A stretch of DNA of 32,000 nt from Opitutales bacterium (GTDB lineage Bacteria > Verrucomicrobiota > Verrucomicrobiia > Opitutales > Coraliomargaritaceae): assembly GCA_049606355.1 (NCBI GenBank), contig JBMYVL010000007.1:55406-87405 (forward strand), in the 5' to 3' direction. This document shows positions 1-9,173 of this stretch, in pieces. The notes beneath the pieces were generated by a model. It was not told the origin of the DNA, searched no databases, and saw only the letters and a list, made by a program, of their open reading frames with translations. Each line of letters starts with the position of its first letter. The first letter of the stretch is position 1. A program made the position numbers and the translations under genes.

Positions 1-891
1 GGCAATGCACAAACGCTGCGCATCCTCACTGAGCTGATCTATGAACGCCCCGGTCGTACCAAAGGCATCGCTCCGACACGCGCCTTTTTGGACGGGGTCA
101 TGAAATATAAAGCGCTACAGAAAGAGTGGATCGCGCAGGAGGGCAGTGCTCCTCACAATCACTTCATCTACGATGCGCAGGTGATTTGGCGCGAAGCGAT
201 TTTTGGAGGTGCCGCGACTCCGGACGAGCTTGCGACTCCTGAAGCCCTCAACCGTTTCAAAAGTATCGAGTGTCAAATTATGGACTGGGCGGATGACACG
301 GCCTACTCGCTACATGACATTGTCGATGGCATTCACGCGCGCTACATATCGGTGGGCTCGGTCTCTGAGTGGGCGCAGGGCCAGACGCTCAACACCAGCG
401 AAAGCGCTTTAGTGGCTACATTGTGTGAAAAGATCAAACAGGACTCTTACGAGCCGTACTTTGGCAGTCGGATCGGGCAATTCGTTCACGCCTGCAGCCT
501 CAGCAAACGCAGTGGCTTCTTAAGTGACCGCACCAACCGCCACGCCTATGATTTAGCCATCGACCCCGAAGTGGTCGCCGAAAGTCGGCTGTATAAGCGG
601 ATCGCACTCGACTTAATCTTTCGCTCGACTCAGCTGCAGCAAATCGAATTCAAGGGCGGCCATATCCTCGACCGTCTTTACGATGCCCTCTCGCAGCACT
701 GCCTGGACGCCTCGGATGGACTCAACCTTCTGCCGACCGGTGTGCAGGCAGTGATGAATCAGGAAAAAAGTGAAGCGGGGCGCCTGCGACGATTGTGTGA
801 CTACACTGCAGGCCTCACCGATGGTCAGGCGGTGCGCACGTACAAGCGGCTCTTTGATGCCGACTTTGGCTCGATCGCAGAGCTCATGTAG
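1..891 (+). CDS. dGTP triphosphohydrolase-like (HD-domain, Dgt family) protein, C-terminal part; the 5' end lies upstream of the window
   Basis: Frame 1 is open from base 1 ([18 protein letters not shown]...) and runs into listed ORF 88..891. The block [18 protein letters not shown] matches my recollection of the conserved dGTPase-family motif. Confidence 0.75.
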   Translation, partial: GNAQTLRILTELIYERPGRTKGIAPTRAFLDGVMKYKALQKEWIAQEGSAPHNHFIYDAQVIWREAIFGGAATPDELATPEALNRFKSIECQIMDWADDTAYSLHDIVDGIHARYISVGSVSEWAQGQTLNTSESALVATLCEKIKQDSYEPYFGSRIGQFVHACSLSKRSGFLSDRTNRHAYDLAIDPEVVAESRLYKRIALDLIFRSTQLQQIEFKGGHILDRLYDALSQHCLDASDGLNLLPTGVQAVMNQEKSEAGRLRRLCDYTAGLTDGQAVRTYKRLFDADFGSIAELM

Positions 892-903
892 CGCCGCGAT
901 CAA

Positions 904-2532
904 TCATCGCACCGCCTCACGGCCGAGTACGAATCGCAGGGACATCACCGCGACGTAAAGCCCCAACAGCAGCATCATTAGGGCGATACCCCCGAGCAGC
1001 GAGCCGGGCCCATACTGGAGCACCATCAAGGCCAGTGCCGCAATCGGCATACAGGCCATTAACAGCGCGGGGATTAGAGCAAAGCCGAAGCTAATCCGCC
1101 TGTCTTTGAGAAAGGCGACAAAGGTGACCAGTGCCAACGCAGCCAGTAATTGATTGGTTGAGCCAAATAGTGGCCAAATTGCTTTCCACACCGGCAACTC
1201 GCTACCATCCGGCGCCGTATAGGTGCTCAGAGCTGCCATCGCCGGCAGCGCCAAGACTAAAAAAGTACCCAGATAACGACTACCAGCGCCGCGCCAGTCA
1301 AACAGCTCCTCGAGTAAGAAGCGCGCAAGCCGCGTGCAGGTATCCAGTGACGTTAGTAAAAAGGTACTCACCGCTAAAGTCGCAAAGACCAGACCGACCT
1401 CTTGCGGGATCGACAGCGCCGCGAGGAAGACTGCGGTACCCCGCGCAAATGCGGCGACAGGCCCACCTTCGAGCCCACCACTGACTCCGATACAGGCTAA
1501 GGCAAATACGGCTAACAGTGCCTCCACTAACATCGCACCATACGCTACCTTTTTCAGGTCACGCTCGCTGCGAATTTGCTTCGAGGTCGTGCCGCTGCTG
1601 ACGATGCTGTGAAAGCCACTGCAGGCACCACACGCAACCGTAATAAAGAGAAATGGTACCAGGTAGCACCATTCTTTCGGCGCAAAGCTCGTGACCATCG
1701 GCAACTCAAAGCCACCACCGTGGACACAGATCCCCACGACGCCGAGAATCATGATGGCATACAAAAAAGTCGCACTCAGAAAATCCCGTGGTTGCATCAG
1801 AACACTTACGGGCAAAATAGCGGCGCAGTAGCAGTATAGCAGTACCGCTCCCATCCATAGATTTTTATCCAAGGATGGCGCCGGACAGGCCACACCCACA
1901 GCCAGTCCTGCATACGTGAGCACAATAAACAGCGGGATGAGTCGTTTGTACGACACCACCGAGCGCCGCGCCAGCCAACCAAACGCCAAGGCCACTACGA
2001 TGAACCATCCGGATGAGGTCGCCACCGCGGGCTGATTGATAAAGCCCATCACCGTCAAATCCAGGAACACCACGATGACATAGATCAGTGCCAGCAACAC
2101 AAAACAAAGGAACAAGCGCCCAGTGCCCTCACCAACCAAGCGCCGTGAGGTCGAGGTAATCGAACGACCGCCTGCGCGCAGCGACATTAAAGTACTGCCA
2201 AAGTCATGCACACCACCGACAAAAATCGAACCTGCAAGGATCCACACCCAAGTGGGCAGCCAACCAAAGACCGATGCTGCGATAATCGGCCCCACAATCG
2301 GGCCCGCGCCGGCGATCGATGAAAAGTGATGCCCGAATAAAACCGAGGCACGCGTCGGCACATAATCCACACCATCTTCAAGTTCGCAGGCAGGTGTGGC
2401 ACGCGTCGCATCCGTAGCACAACGCTGCTCTAAAAAGCTCCCGTAAAAGCGATAGGCAGTGAGCAGTAGCAGCGCAGAAACAAGTAACAGGGTAATCAGC
2501 ATAACAATGGAAGTGTGGGCTGTGGTAGACAC
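904..2532 (-). CDS. cstA: carbon starvation protein A family transporter
   Basis: 542-aa polytopic membrane ORF. The N-terminal AYRFYG and [20 protein letters not shown] blocks are CstA hallmarks. GTG start at 2532, with an ATG alternative at 2502. Confidence 0.85.
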   Translation of the reverse strand: MSTTAHTSIVMLITLLLVSALLLLTAYRFYGSFLEQRCATDATRATPACELEDGVDYVPTRASVLFGHHFSSIAGAGPIVGPIIAASVFGWLPTWVWILAGSIFVGGVHDFGSTLMSLRAGGRSITSTSRRLVGEGTGRLFLCFVLLALIYVIVVFLDLTVMGFINQPAVATSSGWFIVVALAFGWLARRSVVSYKRLIPLFIVLTYAGLAVGVACPAPSLDKNLWMGAVLLYCYCAAILPVSVLMQPRDFLSATFLYAIMILGVVGICVHGGGFELPMVTSFAPKEWCYLVPFLFITVACGACSGFHSIVSSGTTSKQIRSERDLKKVAYGAMLVEALLAVFALACIGVSGGLEGGPVAAFARGTAVFLAALSIPQEVGLVFATLAVSTFLLTSLDTCTRLARFLLEELFDWRGAGSRYLGTFLVLALPAMAALSTYTAPDGSELPVWKAIWPLFGSTNQLLAALALVTFVAFLKDRRISFGFALIPALLMACMPIAALALMVLQYGPGSLLGGIALMMLLLGLYVAVMSLRFVLGREAVR

Positions 2533-2577
2533 AAATTAGGCAGAGCGCAACCGGACAAATCGCGCCTTGTGCTGAAA

Positions 2578-2601
2578 TATATACCATTGACAGTATATAC
2601 C
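2578..2601. promoter_or_regulatory. candidate promoter/operator in the cstA-arsR divergent spacer: two TATATACC boxes flanking a TTGACA hexamer
   Basis: TATATACC occurs at 2578-2585 and 2594-2601, 16 nt apart. TTGACA lies at 2587-2592. GTATATAC (2593-2600) is itself a perfect palindrome. This is the only AT-rich element in the 80-nt spacer. Confidence 0.3.
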
Positions 2602-2612
2602 CAATAAAGCAT

Positions 2613-3005
2613 GTGTTGAGGATCGAAGCCTCTGATCTATACCGCTGCATCAGCGATGCGCAACGCCTCCGCATCCTCAACCTGTTGGAGGCGGGTCCCC
2701 TGTGCGTCTGCCACCTGCAGGAGATCCTCGCCGCACCCCAAGTGAAAATCTCCAAATTACTGGCAAGTATGAAGCAGCTTGGTCTCATTGATGCCCAGCG
2801 CGAAGGCACCTGGATGATCTATCAGCTGACAACACCGGCTTCGGGCCTGCTACTCAACAACCTCCAGTACCTGCGGCAGGCTGCCTGCGCGGACTGCAGC
2901 CAATTACAACGGGACCTCGAGCAGCGCACACAGCTACTCACACGCCTCCAGCAACCGCAGGGCAAGTGCCCGGACAAGGTCTGCGAACAACTCGATTGCT
3001 GCTAA
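2613..3005 (+). CDS. arsR: ArsR/SmtB-family metalloregulator with a Cys-rich C-terminal extension
   Basis: [23 protein letters not shown] is the ArsR helix-turn-helix with the CVC arsenite-site motif. GTG/TTG start at 2613. The C-terminal 40 aa carry six further Cys and end in DCC. Confidence 0.85.
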   Translation: MLRIEASDLYRCISDAQRLRILNLLEAGPLCVCHLQEILAAPQVKISKLLASMKQLGLIDAQREGTWMIYQLTTPASGLLLNNLQYLRQAACADCSQLQRDLEQRTQLLTRLQQPQGKCPDKVCEQLDCC

Positions 3006-3041
3006 CGCAGTGCAACCACTTCACTCGACCCACCTAAAGCT

Positions 3042-3224
3042 ATGCCCAACGAAGACAACTCCAAGCAAGACCGCACCAGCAACGAAACCACCGCGACACC
3101 GCCATCAGGGTTTTTCAAGCGTATCTTCACTAAAGTGGACGCGGCAATGAAAGCCAAAGCGGATCAAGCGGCCCAAAGCAATTGCTGTTCGGATAAGGAT
3201 GGCAAGGGCGGGAAGTGCTGCTAA
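3042..3224 (+). CDS. small hypothetical Cys-rich protein (60 aa) with an amphipathic basic helix and a C-terminal CC-x9-CC
   Basis: ATG ORF fills the arsR-permease gap, with 36 nt and 35 nt spacers. Third-codon positions are G/C-rich like the neighbours. The sequence ends ...AAQSNCCSDKDGKGGKCC. I recognise no family. Confidence 0.5.
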   Translation: MPNEDNSKQDRTSNETTATPPSGFFKRIFTKVDAAMKAKADQAAQSNCCSDKDGKGGKCC

Positions 3225-3259
3225 GCGGTTCCTAGCCCTCAACCTCAGCCCGTATTACC

Positions 3260-4213
3260 ATGCTGCACGAGCTCACCGGAGATCTAGTCTACAAAAGCCT
3301 CGGTCTGGCAGACGACTCCAGGTTTGCTGGTGCGCTGCATTTCTTCCTCTACGACAGCGTTAAGATCTTCCTGCTCTTAGCCGTAATGATTTTTGCGATC
3401 GGTGTGCTGCGCAGCTGGTTGCCCGAACAACGCTTAAAGGACTGGATGGGGCGCGGCGGGCTTTGGTCCAATGCAGTGGCGGCGCTGTTTGGCGCGATCA
3501 CGCCCTTCTGTTCCTGTTCCTCGATCCCAATTTTTATCAGCCTGCTCAAGGCAGGTGTGCCACTGGGGGTCAGCTTCTCCTTCCTCATCACCTCTCCAAT
3601 TATTAACGAGTACCTCGTCATTCTAATGGTCGGCGAATTCGGCCTGCCCGTCACCCTTACGTATCTTTGTAGCGGCTTGCTAATCGGTACCTTCGGTGGC
3701 GCGATCTTAGGCCAAGTCCGCCTGACCGGCTATCTGGAGACCGATATTTTAACGGCCGCGCCCATGGATACTGAAGCGGTGCAGCACACCTGGCTCAGTC
3801 GCCTGCGGTACGGCGCGGACGAGGCGCTGACCGTGATTCGGCAAATTTGGCTGTGGGTACTGGTCGGTGTCGCGCTTGGCGCAGGCATTCACAACTACGT
3901 ACCGCAGGCGACGATTCACTCCTTAATCACCGCCACAGGCGTCTTTTCGGTGCCGATCGCAACCGGATTAGGTGTACCGATGTATGGCAGCTGCGCCGCG
4001 ATTGTACCGGTTGCCGTCGTCTTGTTTCAAAAAGGGATCCCGCTGGGAACCGCGCTGGCTTTCATGATGGCGATGGCTGCCCTCAGTTTACCGGAAGCCA
4101 TCATGCTGCGCCGTACCATGAGACTCCCGCTCATTGCACTGTACTTTGCGATCACCGCGCTTGCCATCATCTTTACCGGCTATCTGCTGAACGCATTGGC
4201 CCAATTTCTTTAA
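3260..4213 (+). CDS. arsP: COG0701/DUF318 permease, ArsP-like (putative organoarsenical/arsenite efflux permease)
   Basis: 317-aa polytopic membrane ORF with the motif [14 protein letters not shown] typical of this permease family. It sits between arsR and arsC. Confidence 0.75.
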   Translation: MLHELTGDLVYKSLGLADDSRFAGALHFFLYDSVKIFLLLAVMIFAIGVLRSWLPEQRLKDWMGRGGLWSNAVAALFGAITPFCSCSSIPIFISLLKAGVPLGVSFSFLITSPIINEYLVILMVGEFGLPVTLTYLCSGLLIGTFGGAILGQVRLTGYLETDILTAAPMDTEAVQHTWLSRLRYGADEALTVIRQIWLWVLVGVALGAGIHNYVPQATIHSLITATGVFSVPIATGLGVPMYGSCAAIVPVAVVLFQKGIPLGTALAFMMAMAALSLPEAIMLRRTMRLPLIALYFAITALAIIFTGYLLNALAQFL

Positions 4214-4269
4214 GCGAAGTGAGTACGCGAATGCCGCCTCCACTACCTTTAAGCTAAACCGAAACAATT

Positions 4270-4713
4270 ATGCCAAAACCTAAAATCCTCATTCTCTGTA
4301 CCGGTAATTCCTGCCGAAGTCACATGGCGGAAGCCATCTTACGCAATGCTGCGGGTGATTTAATGGAGGTCTACAGCGCCGGTTCAAAACCAAAGGGCGC
4401 CGTGCACCCGCTGGCGATTCAAGCCATCGAAGAGCTCGGTATCAGCACCGCTGGGCACAGCTCCGATCACCTCGATCAGTACTTGGATGCCGGCATCACG
4501 ACCGTCATCACGGTATGTGGCAATGCCGACCAAGCCTGCCCCACCTTCCCCGGAATGCTGCATCGCTATCACTGGGGTTTTGAGGACCCTCCGCATGCAC
4601 AGCGCGATGGCGAAAGTGAAATCGAAGCTTTCCGTCGCATTCGCGATGAGATCCGGCTGGTCTTCGAGGCATATGCCGCAGGCTACCGTGACGCGCTTCA
4701 GGCAACCGGCTGA
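4270..4713 (+). CDS. arsC: arsenate reductase, low-molecular-weight phosphatase (thioredoxin-coupled) type
   Basis: N-terminal [18 protein letters not shown] is the CX5R P-loop of LMW-PTP ArsC. Further Cys lie in [13 protein letters not shown]. Length 147 aa. Confidence 0.9.
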   Translation: MPKPKILILCTGNSCRSHMAEAILRNAAGDLMEVYSAGSKPKGAVHPLAIQAIEELGISTAGHSSDHLDQYLDAGITTVITVCGNADQACPTFPGMLHRYHWGFEDPPHAQRDGESEIEAFRRIRDEIRLVFEAYAAGYRDALQATG

Positions 4714-4727
4714 ACTATCGAGACCGA

Positions 4728-5381
4728 ATGCGAAATCAATTGATCGCCGAGGGGATCGGGACGTACTTCCTCTATCTGATTATCGGAGTCTGCATCACCC
4801 CACCAAGTGTGGGCGCATTGACGCCGATCGCAGTCGCGCTGGGTTTGAGCGCATTGGTCTATGCCTGCGGCCATCTATCCAAAGCTCACTTCAACCCTGC
4901 AACAACGCTCACATACCTGTGCGCGGGGACGCATCCTCCCAAAGCCACGCTTCCGTACCTGGGCGCGATTCTGGCAGGGGCAGTCGCCGCAGCAGCCACC
5001 CTACCCTGGCTGAAGCCTGCAGGACTCAGCGAAGTCACTGCGCTGCCCTTGCAGCAACCGGCCGCTTGGATCGCAGAGTTCCTGTTCACCTTTGCACTGA
5101 TGTGGGTCATCCTCAATGTGGCGATCGCCAAAGGCACCCAAAACAATCCGTTTTATGGCAGTGCGATTGGCTTTATTGTCGGCGCGGGTGCCTTTGCCGT
5201 AGGGCCGATTTCGTTTGCCGCTTTTAATCCGGCCGTCACCTTGGCGCTGTGTATCAACGGCTTCCTCGCTTGGAGCACGCTACCCATTTATATTGCGGTA
5301 CAACTGGCCGCAGCCGCCGCGGCGGGCTTCCTGTTTCGCTCGATGCACATCACCGAGCCGAGCGAGCGCGTCAACCAGTAG
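4728..5381 (+). CDS. MIP-family channel (aquaglyceroporin, AqpS-like) at the end of the ars operon
   Basis: Two NPA boxes (HFNPATT and AFNPAVT) in a six-helix hydrophobic ORF. It starts 14 nt after arsC. Confidence 0.85.
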   Translation: MRNQLIAEGIGTYFLYLIIGVCITPPSVGALTPIAVALGLSALVYACGHLSKAHFNPATTLTYLCAGTHPPKATLPYLGAILAGAVAAAATLPWLKPAGLSEVTALPLQQPAAWIAEFLFTFALMWVILNVAIAKGTQNNPFYGSAIGFIVGAGAFAVGPISFAAFNPAVTLALCINGFLAWSTLPIYIAVQLAAAAAAGFLFRSMHITEPSERVNQ

Positions 5382-5385
5382 CCGC

Positions 5386-5979
5386 TTACGCTTTGCTCGC
5401 CGCCAGTTTCTCAACGTATTTGGCGATCAGATCAAACTCGAGATTCACGCAATCACCGACCTGCTTGCTGTGCAAATGCGTCGCTTGCATGGTATGTGGA
5501 ATCAACCAAATTGCGAAGCCCTGGTCGTCGACCTCGGCAACGGTCAGCGAGATACCGTCGATGGCAATACAGCCTTTGTGGACGACATAGTTTAAATTTT
5601 CAGTATCCGGGTGAATCCGCAGATAAAAATCCTTCCCCCTCGGCTCGATTGCTTCAATACGGCCGGTGCCGTCGACATGCCCGGAAACAAAGTGGCCGCC
5701 CATACGCGTGGAGGGTAACACCGCGCGCTCCAAATTCACTCGGCCACCCACGCCAACTGCACCGATGGAGGTCAGCCGCACGCTCTCAGCGAGTAAATCG
5801 AACTCGATCCGATCCTCGCTGAAGTCCACCGCAGTTAGGCAGCAACCATTAACCGCAACGCTATCTCCCAATTGCAGCCCTTGCGTGACCAGGCGCGCCT
5901 CCAGAACCAAGCGCCATGCGTTGGCACGTTCCTCAAAGGCTACCACAGTACCCACTTCTTCGATGATTCCAGTAAACAT
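5386..5979 (-). CDS. ribE: riboflavin synthase
   Basis: [12 protein letters not shown]... is the canonical N-terminus. The listed ORF 5386..6024 was trimmed to the ATG at 5979. The internal duplicated barrel shows as CLTAV / SLTVAEV. Confidence 0.9.
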   Translation of the reverse strand: MFTGIIEEVGTVVAFEERANAWRLVLEARLVTQGLQLGDSVAVNGCCLTAVDFSEDRIEFDLLAESVRLTSIGAVGVGGRVNLERAVLPSTRMGGHFVSGHVDGTGRIEAIEPRGKDFYLRIHPDTENLNYVVHKGCIAIDGISLTVAEVDDQGFAIWLIPHTMQATHLHSKQVGDCVNLEFDLIAKYVEKLAASKA

Positions 5980-6064
5980 AGGGCCAAACAGGTAGCACAG
6001 GCAGGGAGTCGGCTCAACCCACAAAACGGATCCGCGCCATCCTGCGCGGGGAATACACCATAAA

Positions 6065-6139
<75 letters not shown>

Positions 6140-6225
6140 GTCCACTTACGAGAAAGAGGGTAGAAAACGATTCGCGCACCGCAAGTCAAGACTCGCTCGG
6201 TACGATGTGGAGATTAATTTGGCAC

Positions 6226-6255
6226 AAAAAAGCTCCAGCCGCTACGACTGGAGCT
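6226..6255 (-). terminator. rho-independent terminator of cysK
   Basis: 8-bp stem AGCTCCAG/CTGGAGCT with a 9-nt loop, followed on the minus strand by TTTTT. It lies 25 nt after the cysK stop. Confidence 0.7.
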
Positions 6256-6280
6256 TGTCGATTGTAAACTTACAAATGCC

Positions 6281-7240
6281 CTAGCTGGCGGTGGCCGCCA
6301 TCATTTCCTCACGGGCTTTTTCAGCTAAGGGTGTCGACAGGTAACGCTCCCCGAAACTGCAGCCGACGGTAACGATGGTCTTCCCCGCCATTTCCGGACG
6401 CTTGGCCAACTGCATCGCTGCCCAGACGTTGGCACCGGTCGAGATGCCGCCCAGGATACCATCTTGTTCCGCCAGTGCCTGCGCCGTCGCGAAGGCATCT
6501 TCGTTGCTTACCTTGATGATGTCGTCAATAATTTCGGTATTACAGTTCTTTGGAATGAAGCCGGCGCCAATCCCTTGAATCTTGTGCGGGCCAGGCTGGC
6601 CGCCGGAGATCACCGGGCTGTTTTCCGGCTCAACCGCTACCGTGAAGAGCTCCTTGCGTGACTTGATCACCTCCGACACACCGGTGATCGTCCCCCCCGT
6701 GCCAACACCGGCAACAAAGGCATCGATCTTACCCTCGGTCGCCGCCCAAATTTCCTCGGCGGTGGTTTGACGGTGTACTTCCGGATTGGCCGGATTTTCA
6801 AATTGTTGGGGCATGAAGCCCTTATCCCCATACTCAGCGACGAGTTCCGTGGCCTTGGCAATCGCGCCCGGCATGCCCTTTGGTCCCGGAGTCAGCACGA
6901 TCTCCGCACCCAGCATGCGGAGCAGCACGCGACGCTCCAGCGACATGGTTTCCGGCATGGTCAGGACCAGCTTATATCCCTTCGCCGCACAGACAAAGGC
7001 CAACGCGATGCCGGTGTTTCCCGAAGTCGGCTCGACCACCACGCTGTCCGCGCTGAGTTTTCCGGCTGCCTCCGCGGCTTCAATCATGGCCTTGCCGATA
7101 CGATCCTTCACGCTGGCGAGCGGATTGAAAAATTCGCACTTTAAGTAGATATCCGCGGCAAGGCCGTCGGTGAGTTGATTGATTTTAACCAGTGGAGTAC
7201 CGCCCACGGTATCGACGATGGAGTTGTATGCTTGGCTCAT
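6281..7240 (-). CDS. cysK: cysteine synthase A (O-acetylserine sulfhydrylase)
   Basis: [11 protein letters not shown] (PLP lysine), [12 protein letters not shown] and [10 protein letters not shown] blocks. Length 319 aa. Confidence 0.92.
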   Translation of the reverse strand: MSQAYNSIVDTVGGTPLVKINQLTDGLAADIYLKCEFFNPLASVKDRIGKAMIEAAEAAGKLSADSVVVEPTSGNTGIALAFVCAAKGYKLVLTMPETMSLERRVLLRMLGAEIVLTPGPKGMPGAIAKATELVAEYGDKGFMPQQFENPANPEVHRQTTAEEIWAATEGKIDAFVAGVGTGGTITGVSEVIKSRKELFTVAVEPENSPVISGGQPGPHKIQGIGAGFIPKNCNTEIIDDIIKVSNEDAFATAQALAEQDGILGGISTGANVWAAMQLAKRPEMAGKTIVTVGCSFGERYLSTPLAEKAREEMMAATAS

Positions 7241-7319
7241 AATTTAAATAAATGTAGTTAGATAATCGCTTATCGAGGACAGTCAAATAACGGAGGCTGG
7301 CAAGCACGTATCCGCGCAC

Positions 7320-7345
7320 AAAAAAGCCCCGCGAGCGCGCGAGGC
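7320..7345 (-). terminator. rho-independent terminator of infA
   Basis: Minus strand reads GCCTCGCG-CGCT-CGCGGGGC followed by TTTTTT. It lies 25 nt after the infA stop. Confidence 0.7.
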
Positions 7346-7370
7346 TGTAGCATGAGGTCCTGATGCCCGC

Positions 7371-7652
7371 TTAGCGCCGGCGCGGGCCGAAGCTGCGGCG
7401 CGGTGCATTGCGATTCACCGCTGCATTGCGCAAGCGATAGATAATACGCGCCTTTTCCAAATCCTGGGGGCTCATCTCCATTTTCACCGTATCACCCACT
7501 GTGATTTTGATGAAGTGCTTGCGCAGCTTGCCGGAAATGTGTGCCAACACGCGGTGCCCATTCGCCAGTTCAACGCGAAACATCGTCCCCGGGAGTACCG
7601 CGACGATTTTACCTTCGACTTCTACATAGTCTTCGCTCTGTGCTTTTGCCAT
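7371..7652 (-). CDS. infA: translation initiation factor IF-1 with a basic C-terminal tail
   Basis: [54 protein letters not shown] aligns with the IF-1 S1 fold. Start trimmed from 7691 to the ATG at 7652. An extra 18-aa tail reads [18 protein letters not shown]. Confidence 0.85.
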   Translation of the reverse strand: MAKAQSEDYVEVEGKIVAVLPGTMFRVELANGHRVLAHISGKLRKHFIKITVGDTVKMEMSPQDLEKARIIYRLRNAAVNRNAPRRSFGPRRR

Positions 7653-7809
7653 AAATTGGTGGGAAAGCGCGTCAGAGAAAAGTTTCGCCACTGAATGTCA
7701 AGGATCGTCTATCGGCCTGGAGCGCTCCTAAAAGATTGGAAAGTAAGTAGATTTGCTTCATCTAACACGTGTATCCGCCCACTTGTACTCTTTCCCACCG
7801 ACCCACGCG

Positions 7810-8385
7810 ATGGCACTGCACCCTTGCCCATTTGAAAAAGTTTACCCTTCGGAGCTCAACCGCGACGCCGACTACTTCATGACGCACGCCTACAATGAAG
7901 CGATCGAAGCCTACCGTAAAGATGAAGTGCCGATTGGGGCGGTGATCGAGCATGGCGGGCGCATTATCGCCGCAGCCCACAACCAATCGCGCTCGACCAA
8001 CGATCCCACTGCCCATGCCGAAATTCTCGCCATTTCCCAAGCCGCACACACGCTGGGGGACTGGCGGCTCAACGAGTGCACCCTGTACGTAACTAAAGAG
8101 CCCTGCCCGATGTGCTCGGGTGCCTTGGTCATTGCGCGCATCGGGAAGGTCTATTACGGCCTGCCCGATGAGAAAATGGGCGGTGTCGGCGGGGCGGTGG
8201 ATTTGGGCGCCCTGCCACGCAGCAACCACCACTTCGAATCCATTGGCGGGGTCTTGGAGGACCTCAACCACGCGATTCTGAAAACATTTTTCGAAACGAA
8301 GCGCGCCAGCAATGCAGCGCAGAAAGCAGCGGGCCGCGAGCCGAGCGAGGCGACCCAGACGGATGCCAGCGACGCGAGCGTATGA
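7810..8385 (+). CDS. tadA: tRNA adenosine(34) deaminase
   Basis: HAEILAI and PCPMCSGAL zinc-binding motifs of the CDA fold. EVPIGAVI lies near the N-terminus. ATG at 7810 chosen over the TTG at 7753. The C-terminal tail is Ser/Ala/acidic. Confidence 0.85.
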   Translation: MALHPCPFEKVYPSELNRDADYFMTHAYNEAIEAYRKDEVPIGAVIEHGGRIIAAAHNQSRSTNDPTAHAEILAISQAAHTLGDWRLNECTLYVTKEPCPMCSGALVIARIGKVYYGLPDEKMGGVGGAVDLGALPRSNHHFESIGGVLEDLNHAILKTFFETKRASNAAQKAAGREPSEATQTDASDASV

Positions 8386-8478
8386 CGGGATCTGACATCC
8401 TCATTTGACAGGGCCGCAGCCGGTGTTCAGTGTTATGCGCTTTATCCGATTCCACTCAACCTGATACATTATAGAACC

Positions 8479-9105
<627 letters not shown>

Positions 9106-9134
9106 AGCGACCTCCGAGCAAAGCCTTGCTCCAC

Positions 9135-9166
9135 AGCCGCTCCCGCTTCGGGAAGCGGCTTTTTTT
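9135..9166 (+). terminator. rho-independent terminator of sodA
   Basis: Stem AGCCGCTCCCG/CGGGAAGCGGCT (one bulged A) followed by a T7 run at 9160-9166. A smaller hairpin GAGCAA/TTGCTC precedes it at 9116-9131. Confidence 0.75.
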
Positions 9167-9173
9167 GCGCCCT

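Noticed and set aside
2378-2809. 143-aa minus-strand ORF covering the cstA start, the spacer and arsR
   Set aside because: It overlaps two supported genes and crosses the promoter spacer, so it is not credible.
4487-5227. 246-aa plus-strand ORF spanning arsC and the MIP gene in another frame
   Set aside because: It overlaps two ORFs that have unmistakable family motifs. Its translation is Arg/Ser/Cys/Pro-rich with no motif. This is the typical off-frame open reading of GC-rich DNA.
5980-6064. Possible FMN riboswitch upstream of ribE
   Set aside because: Only about 85 nt lie between the ribE start and the tRNA, too short for an FMN element. I could not see its conserved core.
7762-8271. 169-aa ORF antisense to tadA
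   Set aside because: tadA carries both zinc motifs on the plus strand, so the antisense frame is a shadow ORF.
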